DNA from: Pristiophorus japonicus
Taxonomy: Eukaryota
Length of the DNA: 64,000 bases
Reading direction: 5' to 3'
NCBI RefSeq assembly: GCF_044704955.1
Contig: NC_091994.1
Location: 101,060,001-101,124,000, forward strand
Below the pieces are notes generated by a model that was not told the origin of the DNA, made no database searches, and saw nothing but the letters and a program-made list of their open reading frames with translations. The first letter of the stretch is position 1. Each line of letters begins with the position of its first letter. Shown in pieces: positions 24,477 to 35,890 of the stretch. A program made the position numbers and the translations under genes.

Positions 24477-27400
24477 ACAGTCCAACAGCGACAGGCCGGA
24501 ACGCCGCACCGCCATAGTTGCCCGGGAACTTAGACACTTTGACATTGACATCGCCGCCCTAGGCAAAATCCGGCGGGCAGAGGAAAGCCAGCTCAAGTAA
24601 CATGGTGGAGATTCTACCTTTTTCTGGAAAGGAAAACCAGAGGAAGAACACCGCCTTCATGGAGTTGGCTTCGCTGTCAAAAATGAACTGGTCGGCCGCC
24701 TCAAAGACTCCCCCTTCGGGATTAACGAATGCCTGATGACTCTTCGCCTGACCCTATCCCAGAACCAATGTGCCACAGTCATCAGTGCGTACGCCCCACA
24801 CTCGGTGCAACGGATGAGGCTAAAGAAGGTTTTTATTCCAACCTCGAGACATCCCTGCCCTGCGTCCCCAAGGACGACAAATTGATCCTTCTATGAGACT
24901 TTAACGCCAGGGTCGGCAAAGACACAGCCCTCTGGGGAGGTGTGATTGGCAGAGAGAGGGTAGGGAAATCCAACTCCAATGGCACCCTACTCCTGACAAA
25001 ATGTCTAGAACACAAACTCCTCATCACCAACACCCTGTTCCGCCAGAGGGACAAATACAAGGCATCGTGGCAACACTCTCGCTCCAAACACTGGCACCTG
25101 CTCGACTATGTCATTGTCCGAGCCAAGGATCGCAAGGATGTGCGATCACCCGTGCCATGACAGGAGCTGACGACTGCTGGACGGACCACCGCCTAATCCG
25201 ATCCATCATCGACATCAACATAGCCCCAAAGCAGAGTGGACAGCAAAAGCAATGCCACAAAAATATTAATGTCGGAGCACTTAAAGACCCAGCTAAGAGA
25301 GCCCTATACAGCCAGCGCCTCACAGCCAACCTGGCGTGCCTTGATGACCCTGAGATGCACAATGCCCACAGCGCTTGGGCTGCCCTCCAGGCCTCCACAA
25401 CCAGTGCCTGTGAAAAAACACTTGGATACTCAACTAGAAAACACCAGGACTGGTTTGATGAAAATGATCAGGAGATCCAAGAGCTAATAGATCATAAGCG
25501 CAGAGCATTTTTGAGCCTCAAGCAACAACCAAATTCGGGAGCTACAAAGCAACATTACAGACGGCTCAAGGCTGAGGTCCAACAAAAAACCCGGGACCTA
25601 AAGAGCAGGTGGTGGATGGAGAAAGCGCAGGTGATACAACAATTAGCCGACAGCCACGACACACGAGGATTCTTCACTGCAGTCAAGGCCACCTATGGTC
25701 TAAACTCCCAAGGCCCCACCCCACTCCTGGCAAAGAACAGGGAAAGACTCATCAAGGACACCAAGGCTGTCAGGGCCCGCTGGAAGGAGCACTTTGAAGA
25801 TCTCCTCAATCAAGACTCTGCCTTTGACTTGAGTGTTCTCAACTCCATCCCGCAGCATGCGACCCGCCACCACCTCAGTGAAACCCCAACACTGCACGAG
25901 GTAGGCAAAGCCATAAAACAGCTAAATAATAACAAGGCTACGGATGCGGATGGAATTCCTGCTGAGGCACTAAAATATGGTGGAGAGGCGCTGTTGGTGC
26001 GGATACATGACCTCATCTCTCTCATTTGGAGGAAGGAGAACATGGCGGGAGATCTCAGAGATGCAGTGAACGTGTCCATTTTTTTAAAAGGGGAACAAAT
26101 CCGACTGCAGCAACTACAGGGGAATCTCCCTGCTATCAACCACTGGGAAGGTTGTCGCTAGAGTCCTCTTCAACCGACTTCTCCCTGTGGCCAAGGAGCT
26201 CCTCCTGGAGTCACAGTGCGGATTTCGTTCCCTACGGGGAACAACGGACATGATCTTTGCAGCACGACAACTGCAGGAAAAATGCAGGGAGCAGCGCCAG
26301 CCCTTATACACGGCCTTCTTCGATCTTACAAAGGCCTTTGACACTGTCGACCGTGAGGGCTTATGGAGCATCCTCCTCCATTTTGGGTGCCCCCAAAAGT
26401 TTGTCAACATTCTTCGTCTGCTCCACGACGACATGCAGGCTGTGATCCTTACCGGCGAATCCGTTACAGACCCATTCCATGTCCGAACCGGGGTCAAACA
26501 GGGCTGCGTCATCGCTCCAACCCTTTTCTCAATCTCCCTCACTGCCATGCTCCACCTCACTGTCAACAAGCTCCCTGCTGGAGCGGAACTAAACTACAGA
26601 ACCAGTGGGAAGCAGTTTAACCTAAGCCGTCTCCAGACCAGGTCCAAGACCACCCAAACCTCTGTCGTTGAACTGCAGTACGCGGACGACGCCTGCGTCT
26701 GTGCACGTTCTGAGGCTGAACTCCAGGATACAGTTGATGTATTCACCGAGGTATATGAAAGCATGGGCCTTACTCTTAACATCTATAAGACAAAGGTCCT
26801 CCACCAGCCTGTCCTCGCTGCACAGCACTGCCCCCCAGTCATCAAGATCCACGGCGCGGCCCTCGACAACGTGGACCACTTCCCATACCTTAGGGGCCTC
26901 TTGTCAACAAAGGCGGACATTGATGCAGAGATTCAACATCGCCTCCAGTGCGCCAGTGCAGCCTTTGGCCGCCTGAGGAAAAGAGTGTTCGAAGACCAGG
27001 CCCTCAAACCTACCACAAGCTCATGGTCTACAGGGCTGTAGTAATACCCGCCCTCCTTTATGGATCAGAGGCATGGACAACTTACAGAAGACACATCAAG
27101 TCGCTGGAGATATATCACCAACGATGTCTCCACAAGATCCTGCAAATCCCCTGGGAGCACAGATGCACCAACATCAGTGTCCTCGCCCAGGCTGACGTCC
27201 CCAGCATTGAAGCACTGACCACATTTGATCAGCTTCGTTGGGCAGGCCACTTAGTCCGCATGCCAGACACGAGACTCCCGAAGCAACTGCTCTATGCGGA
27301 GCTTCTTCATGGCAAACGAGCCAAAGGTGGGCAGCGGAAACGTTACGAGGACACCCTCAAAGCCTCCCTGATGAAGTGTGACATCACCACTGACGTTTGG

Positions 27401-27671
27401 GAAACCCTGGCCGAAGACTGCCCTAGGTGGAGAAAATGCATCTGGAAGGGCGTTGAGCTCTTCGAATCTCAACGCTGCGAGCGTGAAGAGGTCAGGCGTA
27501 GGCAGCGGAAGGAGCGCGCGGCAAATCAGTGCCAGCCCCGCTTCCCCTGACGAATATCTGTCCCACCTGTGACCGGTTCTGTGGCTCTCGTGTTGGACTG
27601 TTCAGCCACCAAGGAACTCACTTTAGGAGTGGAAGCACGTCTTCCTCGATTCCGAGGGACTGCCTAAGATG
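24477..27671 (+). mobile_element. RTE-clade (BovB-like) LINE, near-complete ORF, frameshifted
   Basis: APE endonuclease (RPERRTAIVAREL, SKHWHLLDY, WTDHRL), RT (ESQCGFR, FFDLTKAFD, GVKQGCVIAP, YADD), C-terminal zinc-finger remnant, short 3' tail. 10-bp TSD ACTTACAGTG at 24467-76 and 27672-81. Confidence 0.95.
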
Positions 27672-28061
27672 ACTTACAGTGCTTTGGATAACTCTTCTGA
27701 TACATAGCTAGGTATCTACCCAGCTTTACCTCACTACCACTTCTGTTGACCCCTCCTTGGTCTCTAAATTGTAAGATATCCAGTTCTGGGTGAGCAGAAA
27801 TTTTCTCCAATTGAGTATTGGTGTAAAGTATCTGCTTCATGGGTACCTTGCTTAAGAATTCATAGTAACACATTGCTATTAAGAACTTGTTGGTTTATTA
27901 GCAAAGGTTTAACAATCACACTACACATTACCAGTTCATCCACCAGGCTCACAACCACATGCCTCATCATGGATCCCCTAAACCCAACTGGCTGGGGTTT
28001 TATTGAGTCTTGTGAACATCACGTGACTGGCTAAGCCACTCACAACTCAACAGCTCTACAA

Positions 28062-28732
28062 CTATTTTTGTAAGAACTTTAAATCAAGTACCCCTTTTGT
28101 GAGGGCACTCGAACCCACAAATGTCCAAATTAACATGGGAACTTTACCAAATTAAATTAAAATTCTGTTCCCGGAAGTGATGATGCACTCCAGTCTCTCC
28201 GGTGTCCATCTCTCGCGGAAGGCCGCAAGCGTACCGGTGGACACCGCGTGCTCCATCTCCAGGGACACCCTGGCTTGGATGTAACCGCAGAAGAGAGGCA
28301 GACAGTCAGGCTGAATGACCCCCTCGACCGCCTGCTGCCTGGACCGGTTGTTGGCCCCCTTGGCCGTGCACAGGAGCAGTCCTACAAGGAGGCCTTCCGA
28401 TCTGCCCAATCCCCTCCGCACAGGGTGCCCAAAGATCAGGAGTGTGGGACTGAAGTGCAACCAGAATTTGAGAAGCAGCTCCTTCAAATAATGGAGTAGG
28501 GGCTGCAACCTAGCACACTCAACATAAATGGAACACGGACTCCTCTAGACCGCAGAAATTACAGGCGGCCTGGGAGTCTGTGAACCGACTTAAAAACCTA
28601 TTGCACAGGACTGCTCCGTGCAACACCCTCCAGGCCAAGTCCCCAATAAATAAAGGGAGGACTCCCGCGTAGAAAGCACTCCATTGGGGACCCCCACCTT
28701 CTCCGGAGGGCAAGATGGTGCGCCATGGCGTG
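28062..28732 (-). mobile_element. Tx1-clade (L1 group) non-LTR retrotransposon 3' fragment, unit 1
   Basis: DTPWR...DLAWRVLHGAV...RFTDSQAACNFCGLEESVFH...KFWLHFSP resembles the Xenopus Tx1 ORF2 C-terminus (zf-RVT). Flanked by TCAACAGCTCTACAA at 28047-61 and 28733-47. Confidence 0.9.
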
Positions 28733-28747
28733 TCAACAGCTCTACAA

Positions 28748-29521
28748 CTATTTTGCAGGAAACAGAAAATCATGTGGCCCCTGATTAAAGGCAGGGGACA
28801 CACCAAACATTTTCAAACAAGTGCCCCCATTTTTTTTTGAGGGCACTGAAACCCAAATTATACAAGTGCCCCCTGGCTAAAAAGGGGGGGGGGGGCATTA
28901 AACCGGTAAATTAAACAAATTAAACTTTAAACATATAAAGCCAAATTAAAATTTGATTGCCGATGATGATGATGCATTCCAGTCCCTCCAGTGCCCACCT
29001 CTCGCGGAAGGCTGCAAGCATATCGGTGGACACCGCGTGCTCCATCTCCAGGGACACCCTGGTTCGAATGTAGCCGCGGAAGCGAGGCAGGCCATCGGGC
29101 TGAACGACCCCTCCGACTGCCCGCTGCCTGGACCGGTTGTTGGCCCCCTTGGCCGTGCCCAGGAGCAGTCCTACGAGGAGGCCTTCCGACATGCCCGATC
29201 CCCTCTGCACAGGGTAGCCAAAAATCAAGAGCGTGGGACTGGAGTGCAACCAGAATTTGAGGAGCAGCCCCTTCAAATAACGGAAGAGGGGCTGCAACCT
29301 GACACACTGAACATAAACGGAACACGGACTCCTCTAGACCGCAGAAATTACAGGCGGCCTGGGAGTCTGTGAACCGACTTAAAAACCTATTGCACAGGAC
29401 TGCTCCGTGCAACACCCTCCAGGCCAAGTCCCCAATAAATAAAGGGAGGACTCCCGCGTAGAAAGCACTCCATTGGGGACCCCCACCTCCTCCGGGTGGC
29501 AAGATGGTATGCCATGGCGTG
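28748..29521 (-). mobile_element. Tx1-clade 3' fragment, unit 2
   Basis: Same ORF2 C-terminus with a longer 3' UTR. Flanked by 15-bp repeats at 28733-47 and 29522-36. Confidence 0.9.
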
Positions 29522-30179
29522 TCAACAGCCCTACAAACCTGTGAACATACTCACAGGTGCAGACTCCACAGCTGGGAAGATCGAAGCCATTGTTTTCAGT
29601 CCCTGCCAGAAACTCTGTTCCCTAGTCATTGGTTCCATCCCGCTCCCCAACTTCTGTCTGAGGCTGAACCAGGCTGTTTGTAACTTTGGTGTCATATTTG
29701 ACCCTGAAATTAGCTTTCGATCACATATCCGCTGCATAACTAAGACCGCCTATATCCACCTCCATAACATCGCCTGTCTCTGCCCTTGCTTCAGCTCATC
29801 CGCTGCTGAAGCCCTCATCCATGCCTTTGTTACCTCTAGACTTGACTATTCCAACACGCTCCTGGCTGGCCTCCCACATTCTACCCTACGTAAACTAGAG
29901 GTGATCCAAAACTCGGCTGCTCGTGTCCTAACTCGCACCAAGCTCACCCATCACCCCTGTGCTCGCTGACCTACACTGGCTCCCGGTTAAGCAACGCCAC
30001 GATTTCAAAATTCTCTTCCTTGTTTTCAAATCCATCCATGGCCTCGCCCCTCCCTATCTCTGTAATCTCCTCCAGTCCGATAACCCCCGGAGATGTCAGC
30101 GCTCCTCTAATTCTGCCCTTTTGAGCATCCCTGATTATAATCGCTCAACCATTGGTGGCCGTGCCTTCTGTTGCCTAGA

Positions 30180-30467
30180 CCAGCTCACTCAGGTGGACAT
30201 AAAAAATCCCATGGCACTATTTCAAAGAAGAGCAGGGAGTTATCCCTGGTGTCCTGTCCAATACTTATCCCTCAATCAACATAACAAAAAACAGATTATC
30301 TGGTCATTATCACATTGCTGTTTGTGGGAGCTTGTTGTGCACAAATTGGCTGCCGCGTTTCCCACATTAGGACAGTGACTGCACTCAAAAATTACTTCAT
30401 TGGCTGTAAAGCGCTTTGATATGTCCGGTGGTCGTGAAGGTGCTACATAAATGCAAGTCTTCCTTCC
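30180..30467 (+). mobile_element. Deu-domain SINE 3' part inserted in L2
   Basis: CAGGTGGACATAAAAAATCCCATGGCACTATTTC...ATAAATGCAAGTCTT; L2 sequence resumes afterwards. Confidence 0.85.
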
Positions 30468-30764
30468 CTGAGCTCTGAAAGTCCCTGCCTAAACTGCTCC
30501 ACCTCTCTACATTTCTTTCCTCCTTCAAGACGCTCCTTAAAACCTATCTCTTTGACAAAGCTTTTGGTCACCTGCCCTAATTTCTCCTTATGCAACTTGG
30601 TGTCAAATTTTTTTAAATCTCATAATACTCCTGTGAGGTACCTTGGGACATTTCACTACGTTAAAGGTGCTATATAAATACAAGTTGTTGTTGTTGTAGG
30701 TCCCTCTGATTTACAACCTACTTTAGAATGTTGAAATAGGAAGAATAATTTTACGTAAAGGAAG

Positions 30765-31115
30765 AATTGCATTTATACAATGCCTTCCCAGGTTTCTCCG
30801 AACCATCTCCCAGTACTTCACAAACAGTGACTGTTCTCATGTAGGCAAAACATGGCAGCCATTTTGCATATAGCAAGATCTCTAAAAAAGTAATGAGTCG
30901 AATGATCACAGTTAATTTTTGGTGGTGTTGGTTGAGGGAGGAATGTTGGTCAGGACACCAAGAGAACTCCCTGCCGTTCTTCAAATAGTGCTCTGGGATC
31001 TTTAACATCCACCTGAACCCCTGCAACAGGCAGACCAAACCTTAGTTTAATGTCCAGCTCGGAGGATGGGACCTCTGACAATGCAGTACTCACTCAGTAT
31101 TTTTCTGGAGTGTTA
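30765..31115 (-). mobile_element. Deu-domain SINE, diverged
   Basis: Same motif order in reverse orientation. Confidence 0.75.
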
Positions 31116-31559
31116 GAGGAGAGAGTATTGCAAAGTAAGCCAAGCTGACACATTAATACAGGGTATTACATTTACTTATGTCATGCTGTCTGTACTTTTC
31201 CTTACTTTTCAAGCATTGAGTGGGTCATATATATCACATTATTTCATATCTGCCATTGCACCCAATTCCTGTCATTGTAATTACAGGACCTTTAGTGAGT
31301 CAGAGAAAACACTGTGTAAGTGGCCTATGGGGTGGGTGAGGTATCCCAACTTCATTATACTTTAACGGTTAATACCTAAAATCTGAATCTGAGGGCCTTT
31401 CTTGTCTGCTTTCTAATGCAATATTCCTAAATTATGACCCCCCCCCCACCTTTCCAACCCAAGAGACCTTGAGGCTCTCTCTCCTTTGTGAAACAAGAAA
31501 ACACCATTCAATTATGCAGCTCCCTCCAACATGACCCAGACTACTGCTTGAATCCCAAC

Positions 31560-32050
31560 TCCCAACTCAACTTCTAATAACCTTTACACTTTTCATTTTT
31601 TTTTGCACACTATCCATCATTTGTATTACTCTATCAGACTCTTGGCTTCCAAAATTCCAGTTCTTCCAGCAATATATACTGGTCCAACTCTTTTTATTAA
31701 ATGAATCCATTGTTACTCTATTAGTTGGCCGTTTATTCCAATTTTCCATAATTCCTTAAGATATTTTTTCCAAACCTTAATTGTTTCCTCTCATTCCACT
31801 CCTGCCTCTTACTATGAAATTACTTAATCTGAATTTTATCAATTTCCTTCATCATTTTAAATATAGTGTTGTATTGTATCCCCTGCCCAACAGTCTCTGC
31901 TCTAACAAGATGAGTCTAAAAGCTTTAACTTTCTTTAGTGGTTACAGGGTATGATCTCAGTTGAGATAATTCCTTCATCTTCTCTTCTTTCAATATTCTG
32001 CAGGCGTTTAAAATGCAAGCGTGTCTTCATTCTAATCACAACCTTATCTT
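31560..32050 (-). mobile_element. Very old CR1-like remnant
   Basis: Weak similarity on minus (WNKRP...V..DSF.KK) to the CR1 ORF2 C-terminus; AT-rich decay. Confidence 0.3.
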
Positions 32051-32419
32051 CTCTCTGACTCTTCTCAATGTTGGTGGTATATGTGCACCGTGGGCATTAT
32101 CCCTTCATCTGAATTGCTCAATGAAAAAAATCATATCTATACTGTCTGGTTTTCATATCCTAGCAGCACGGTCCTAGAACTTCTGACCTCCCTCAGTCTT
32201 CCCTTCTTCCTACAAACTATAGGTTTTTAATGTTCAAGCTTGTTCCCATGTAATCACTGCTTCTCAATATATCTAATCTTCCCTACTCTTCTTAACATTG
32301 GTGGTTTCCTAACTAAGGGATTTGGTTCTTCATCCAGGTTTCTCAGTGAAGAATGAGGAATACTTATTCAACCCATCTGGATTGTGGCTTCATATTTAAG
32401 ACCCAAAGGGGACCTCGAT

Positions 32420-32506
32420 GGAAAACAAAATTGGTTGGAGTGTAAAACTGGCTGCCAATTCACTATCGCTCATTTTATGCTACCGCTCAAAATGAATTTC
32501 ACCCCA
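32420..32506. mobile_element. Half of a palindromic MITE related to 10876-11050
   Basis: GTGTAAAACTGGCTGCCAATTCACTAT...AATTTCACCCC. Confidence 0.55.
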
Positions 32507-34134
32507 TAGTCTCTTTTCACTCCTCTCCTGAAAGCGCTGACTCCTTCCTGGGCTATGGTTTTATTGGTTTTGGTAACCACCCCTCTACTGTTCCTCACTC
32601 AAATGGGAATTCTTCATGAGAGAATAGAAAATGAGTGTTGACCCATTACCTGTCCATGGTGAGTGACAGCTGAGCTCGATCTTGCCCTCCGCCAACAATC
32701 AAACACATACATTTTCCACTGAGAGGCACTGGATAGTGGGAAACGGTTGGGTTTTTCTGCCACTTTTTTTTCTTGCTTACTTAGTTTTGGCTGATTTGAC
32801 CCGAATGGAGGTCACATCCTTTCACCTCAAAAAGAAAAGATTTGCGAAGCAGCTTTTTTTCTAAGAAGGTACCTTTCTGAAATGTCTGCCCCGTGTCATT
32901 GCTAGCGTTTAATTTCCGAGTTGTGCGATGACTGAACTTTCTGATAGGAAATGCGTCAGTAGCACTGTGATGTCGTGCTGATGGGCTCATCCTGTTGCTG
33001 CCGGCACGTGAAGACCGTTTGTACCAAATCACAAAGAGATCTACAGGCTGTACCACTCGTGATCCTCCTCACACCTGTCAGAAGTGGGCCAATTTAAATC
33101 ACTAAATATTCATTTTCACAACAGTTAGAATGTAATAAATGCAAGTCTTTATTTCATAACAGTTATATCAGAAAAGTCTGAAAATTTAGTTATACTAAAA
33201 ATGGAGGGAAAAAACTGATGTTCTTTTAATAAAATGCTACATTTTTTGCAAAGTTTGTTTTGCCACTGGCCACTCGATATCTTGCAAAATTTAAATGAAG
33301 CAAATCTCTTCTGTATCGCAGTGTAAGGCAGATAATTGTTTCCATACTGCAGCTTTGAGGAGTTTAGGTCAAACTGGATGATGATCATTCTTTGGTAAAC
33401 AAGAAAATATTATACTCCTGTAATCAGCACACTTATCTTCCCTTGGACTTGTAGTTTCTGACCTCTCGTGGAGTTGGATTTCCCCGAAGGGAATCGAAAT
33501 AAACTAACGAGTACTGGGGAGGCCGAGAACTAGAGACCATGAAAGAGAGGTTGATGAGTCGAAGGGGAAACTAGCATTAAAAGTAATCAGCCTTCTTATT
33601 ATCTTATGCTGTTCTAGATTCCCAATTAGCTTTTTTTCCTTTTGGTCTCTGCCTCAGGTTGAGGGGAGCTGGTGTTGGGGGAGGGAGGATTGTGGAGGAG
33701 GGAACCGTTGAATGAACAAAGGGTCAACTTGCCTCAGGGTCTTGTCGTAGGGTGGCCATCTTGTGCCCAATCGAAAACCAGATGGGTCTCTAGTCCGGCG
33801 AATAGCAGGGAATAATGGGAAGCCGATCTGAGCAGGCATTCATGAAATGGAACGTAGGCTCGACTGCACATTTGGGTAACTAGTCTGCTCACGCACGTGC
33901 ACAGCGTTGCTTTATTTAAAAAAAAAAAGGAGTTTTTATGCCTGGTTTTCCATCGTCAAAATTATTAGGTGGGAAACACAGAACTTGATTGTCTGGTTCA
34001 AAGTTGAATAGATGGTCTTACTACCTTGTCGACCAGCTGACAGAGCATCTCAATTCTACAGCCGACATCTGACAAATGCTAATTTGTTTACAAAATCAGG
34101 ATGCAATATCACTGGTTGTGTCATCGCATCACAG

Positions 34135-34490
34135 TAACGGTATCGCCCCGTTCGGGGGCGGTAAAACTCGGTCGATGCGAGACTTAGCGCCAGGCACAGA
34201 AGTCTTGTTCCTTTCGATAAATTCAGGTTACCGGCCCCGGAAGGAAGCACTCCACTAAGGCACTAAGCACGCCACTTCCTTCCTGGGGCGGTAACAGGGC
34301 AGATACCTCAGCAGCGTTACGCACTTGGCCGCATAGCGCTGCCGCGTCTGAGGGGCTCTTCCCTCAACTAAAGGGAAGGGCCAATGCTGCCAACTCTGCA
34401 AAACAAAAAGACACCTACCGGGACCGCGGGGAGTGGGGGTGCCAGCCGGGGGTACTAACGGGAGGTGCAAAGTAGCCCAATTTCTTCCCC
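34135..34490. mobile_element. GC-rich MITE fragment
   Basis: CpG-rich block ending in GCCCAATTTCTTCCCC, a GGGG-N2-GAAATT-type terminus. Confidence 0.5.
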
Positions 34491-34669
34491 CTCATTTGTG
34501 ATTTCAGAAGAAAATCAGAAGGAAATTCCTTTAGTTGGGGGTGCTGCAATTTGCATTGGGGCCTTGCACTAGAGCTGGGGGGCTAATAAAATCAGTCAAG
34601 ACATTCACACTTACTTTTCTGAGCAAAACAGTGATCTGCTAAGCAATCAGATTCTCAGAATTCTGTGTA

Positions 34670-35075
34670 GGGGACTAGGTGGGTAAGACTCTCACCTCTG
34701 GAACATGGCTCCAATTCTAGCCCCACTGAAGGGATGAAAGTCTCTTCTGTAAGGGCCCTCTGTGAAATGAGTTTGGAGCAGGGGCCTACAATACAAAACC
34801 TCCCTCATTCACTACTAATTGGCCTTGTCATTCGAAACAGGCCTAAGGGTGGTTTGTGTGGGAAATGGATATAAACACTGCATTGATGCAGCAGTGGAAC
34901 TCATCTGAGATCAGGACTGAGGCATGTTGCAAGGATAGAGTGGAGAGAGCTTTAGTCTGCTTCTAACCAATGCTGTACCTGACCTGAGAGAGCCTGCTGC
35001 TGTCACTGGCTGTGTAAGGTGGAAAGTATTTCATTCCCCAGCACTAATATCCCTCATCTAGATAAACACTAGAAA
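34670..35075 (+). mobile_element. LF-SINE-like ancient SINE
   Basis: Ordered motifs TCACCTCT, TGTGAAATGAGTT, CTAATTGGC, TCAGG..TGAGGCA and GCTGTACCTG match my recollection of the LF-SINE consensus. Confidence 0.65.
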
Positions 35076-35890
35076 ATGGAAGTTGCAAATTTCCAAGCAA
35101 CACACCCTTGTAATTTTGTTGGCATGCCATTCATTCTGTTTTTCCTAAGCGAGGAACTTGGGACCACTGATTGCGATCCAGTTGACCCCTGGATGCAAGA
35201 GTGAGAACAAGGTCAAGCCCAGCCATGATACCCTTCATGGTAGCATAGCCGATGGACACTCGCAGACTGGGTGCCGACAAGTAGGCCAACACAGCTAGCC
35301 CCTTATGGACAGGAAAAGAAAAAATTGGCCCAAGAATAACTCTTGACTGCTGGAAAGATGTGGCCCATTTCAAAATCTGTCAGTAAACTGGATCGATCAC
35401 AGATTTTCTTTTGAATACTGTCTAAGAGTGGAATCAAAATAGTGTTTTAGTGGTATTATCAATCAACCTTTGTTCGGTTCCTTCAGAATACTAGCCCTGC
35501 CGTCTACTCATTACACAACCAGCTGTTTCTCAAATGAATGACGTTCAAAGGCCTAAACTATTGCTCCTGGCAACCTAGCATTCATTGCTATGATAAAACC
35601 CCTGATATATGCATAACTTCAGTTTGTTACTGTAGGTTAGAAGCCTTAAATCTTCCAGTAGGTTAGTTTAAACACCCAGCTGGTGAAATCAATCTCGTTA
35701 ATGGCGGATCGCATCTCCCTGGTGTCTTTTCCCTGTTTTTTCACCTCTTCCCTCCTTTTTTCCTGATGGTGTGGACTCCTTGCTGTGGTATAGGTCCAAA
35801 AGTACGAGATGTACTCCAGTACTATGCCAAACTAGTCGTTCTTTGTGCCTGGGCGTTGAGTGTCAGCAGGCTATTCGATCACAGAAGGTG

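Larger units (their letters stand above)
27822..29570 (-). mobile_element. Solo LTR (about 274 bp net), copy 1, carrying two Tx1 fragments
   Basis: TG...CA ends, AATAAA on minus, homologous to 54137-55440. TSD degenerate (ATTGG/GCTGG). Confidence 0.8.
27715..30697 (+). mobile_element. L2 LINE 3' portion, interrupted by the solo LTR/Tx1 array (27822-29570) and a SINE (30180-30467)
   Basis: TQLYL...NFLQLSIG|KIEAIVF reading continues across the LTR. LIHAFVTSRLDYSN and LADLHWLPV present; tail TATATAAATACAAG(TTG)n. Confidence 0.9.
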
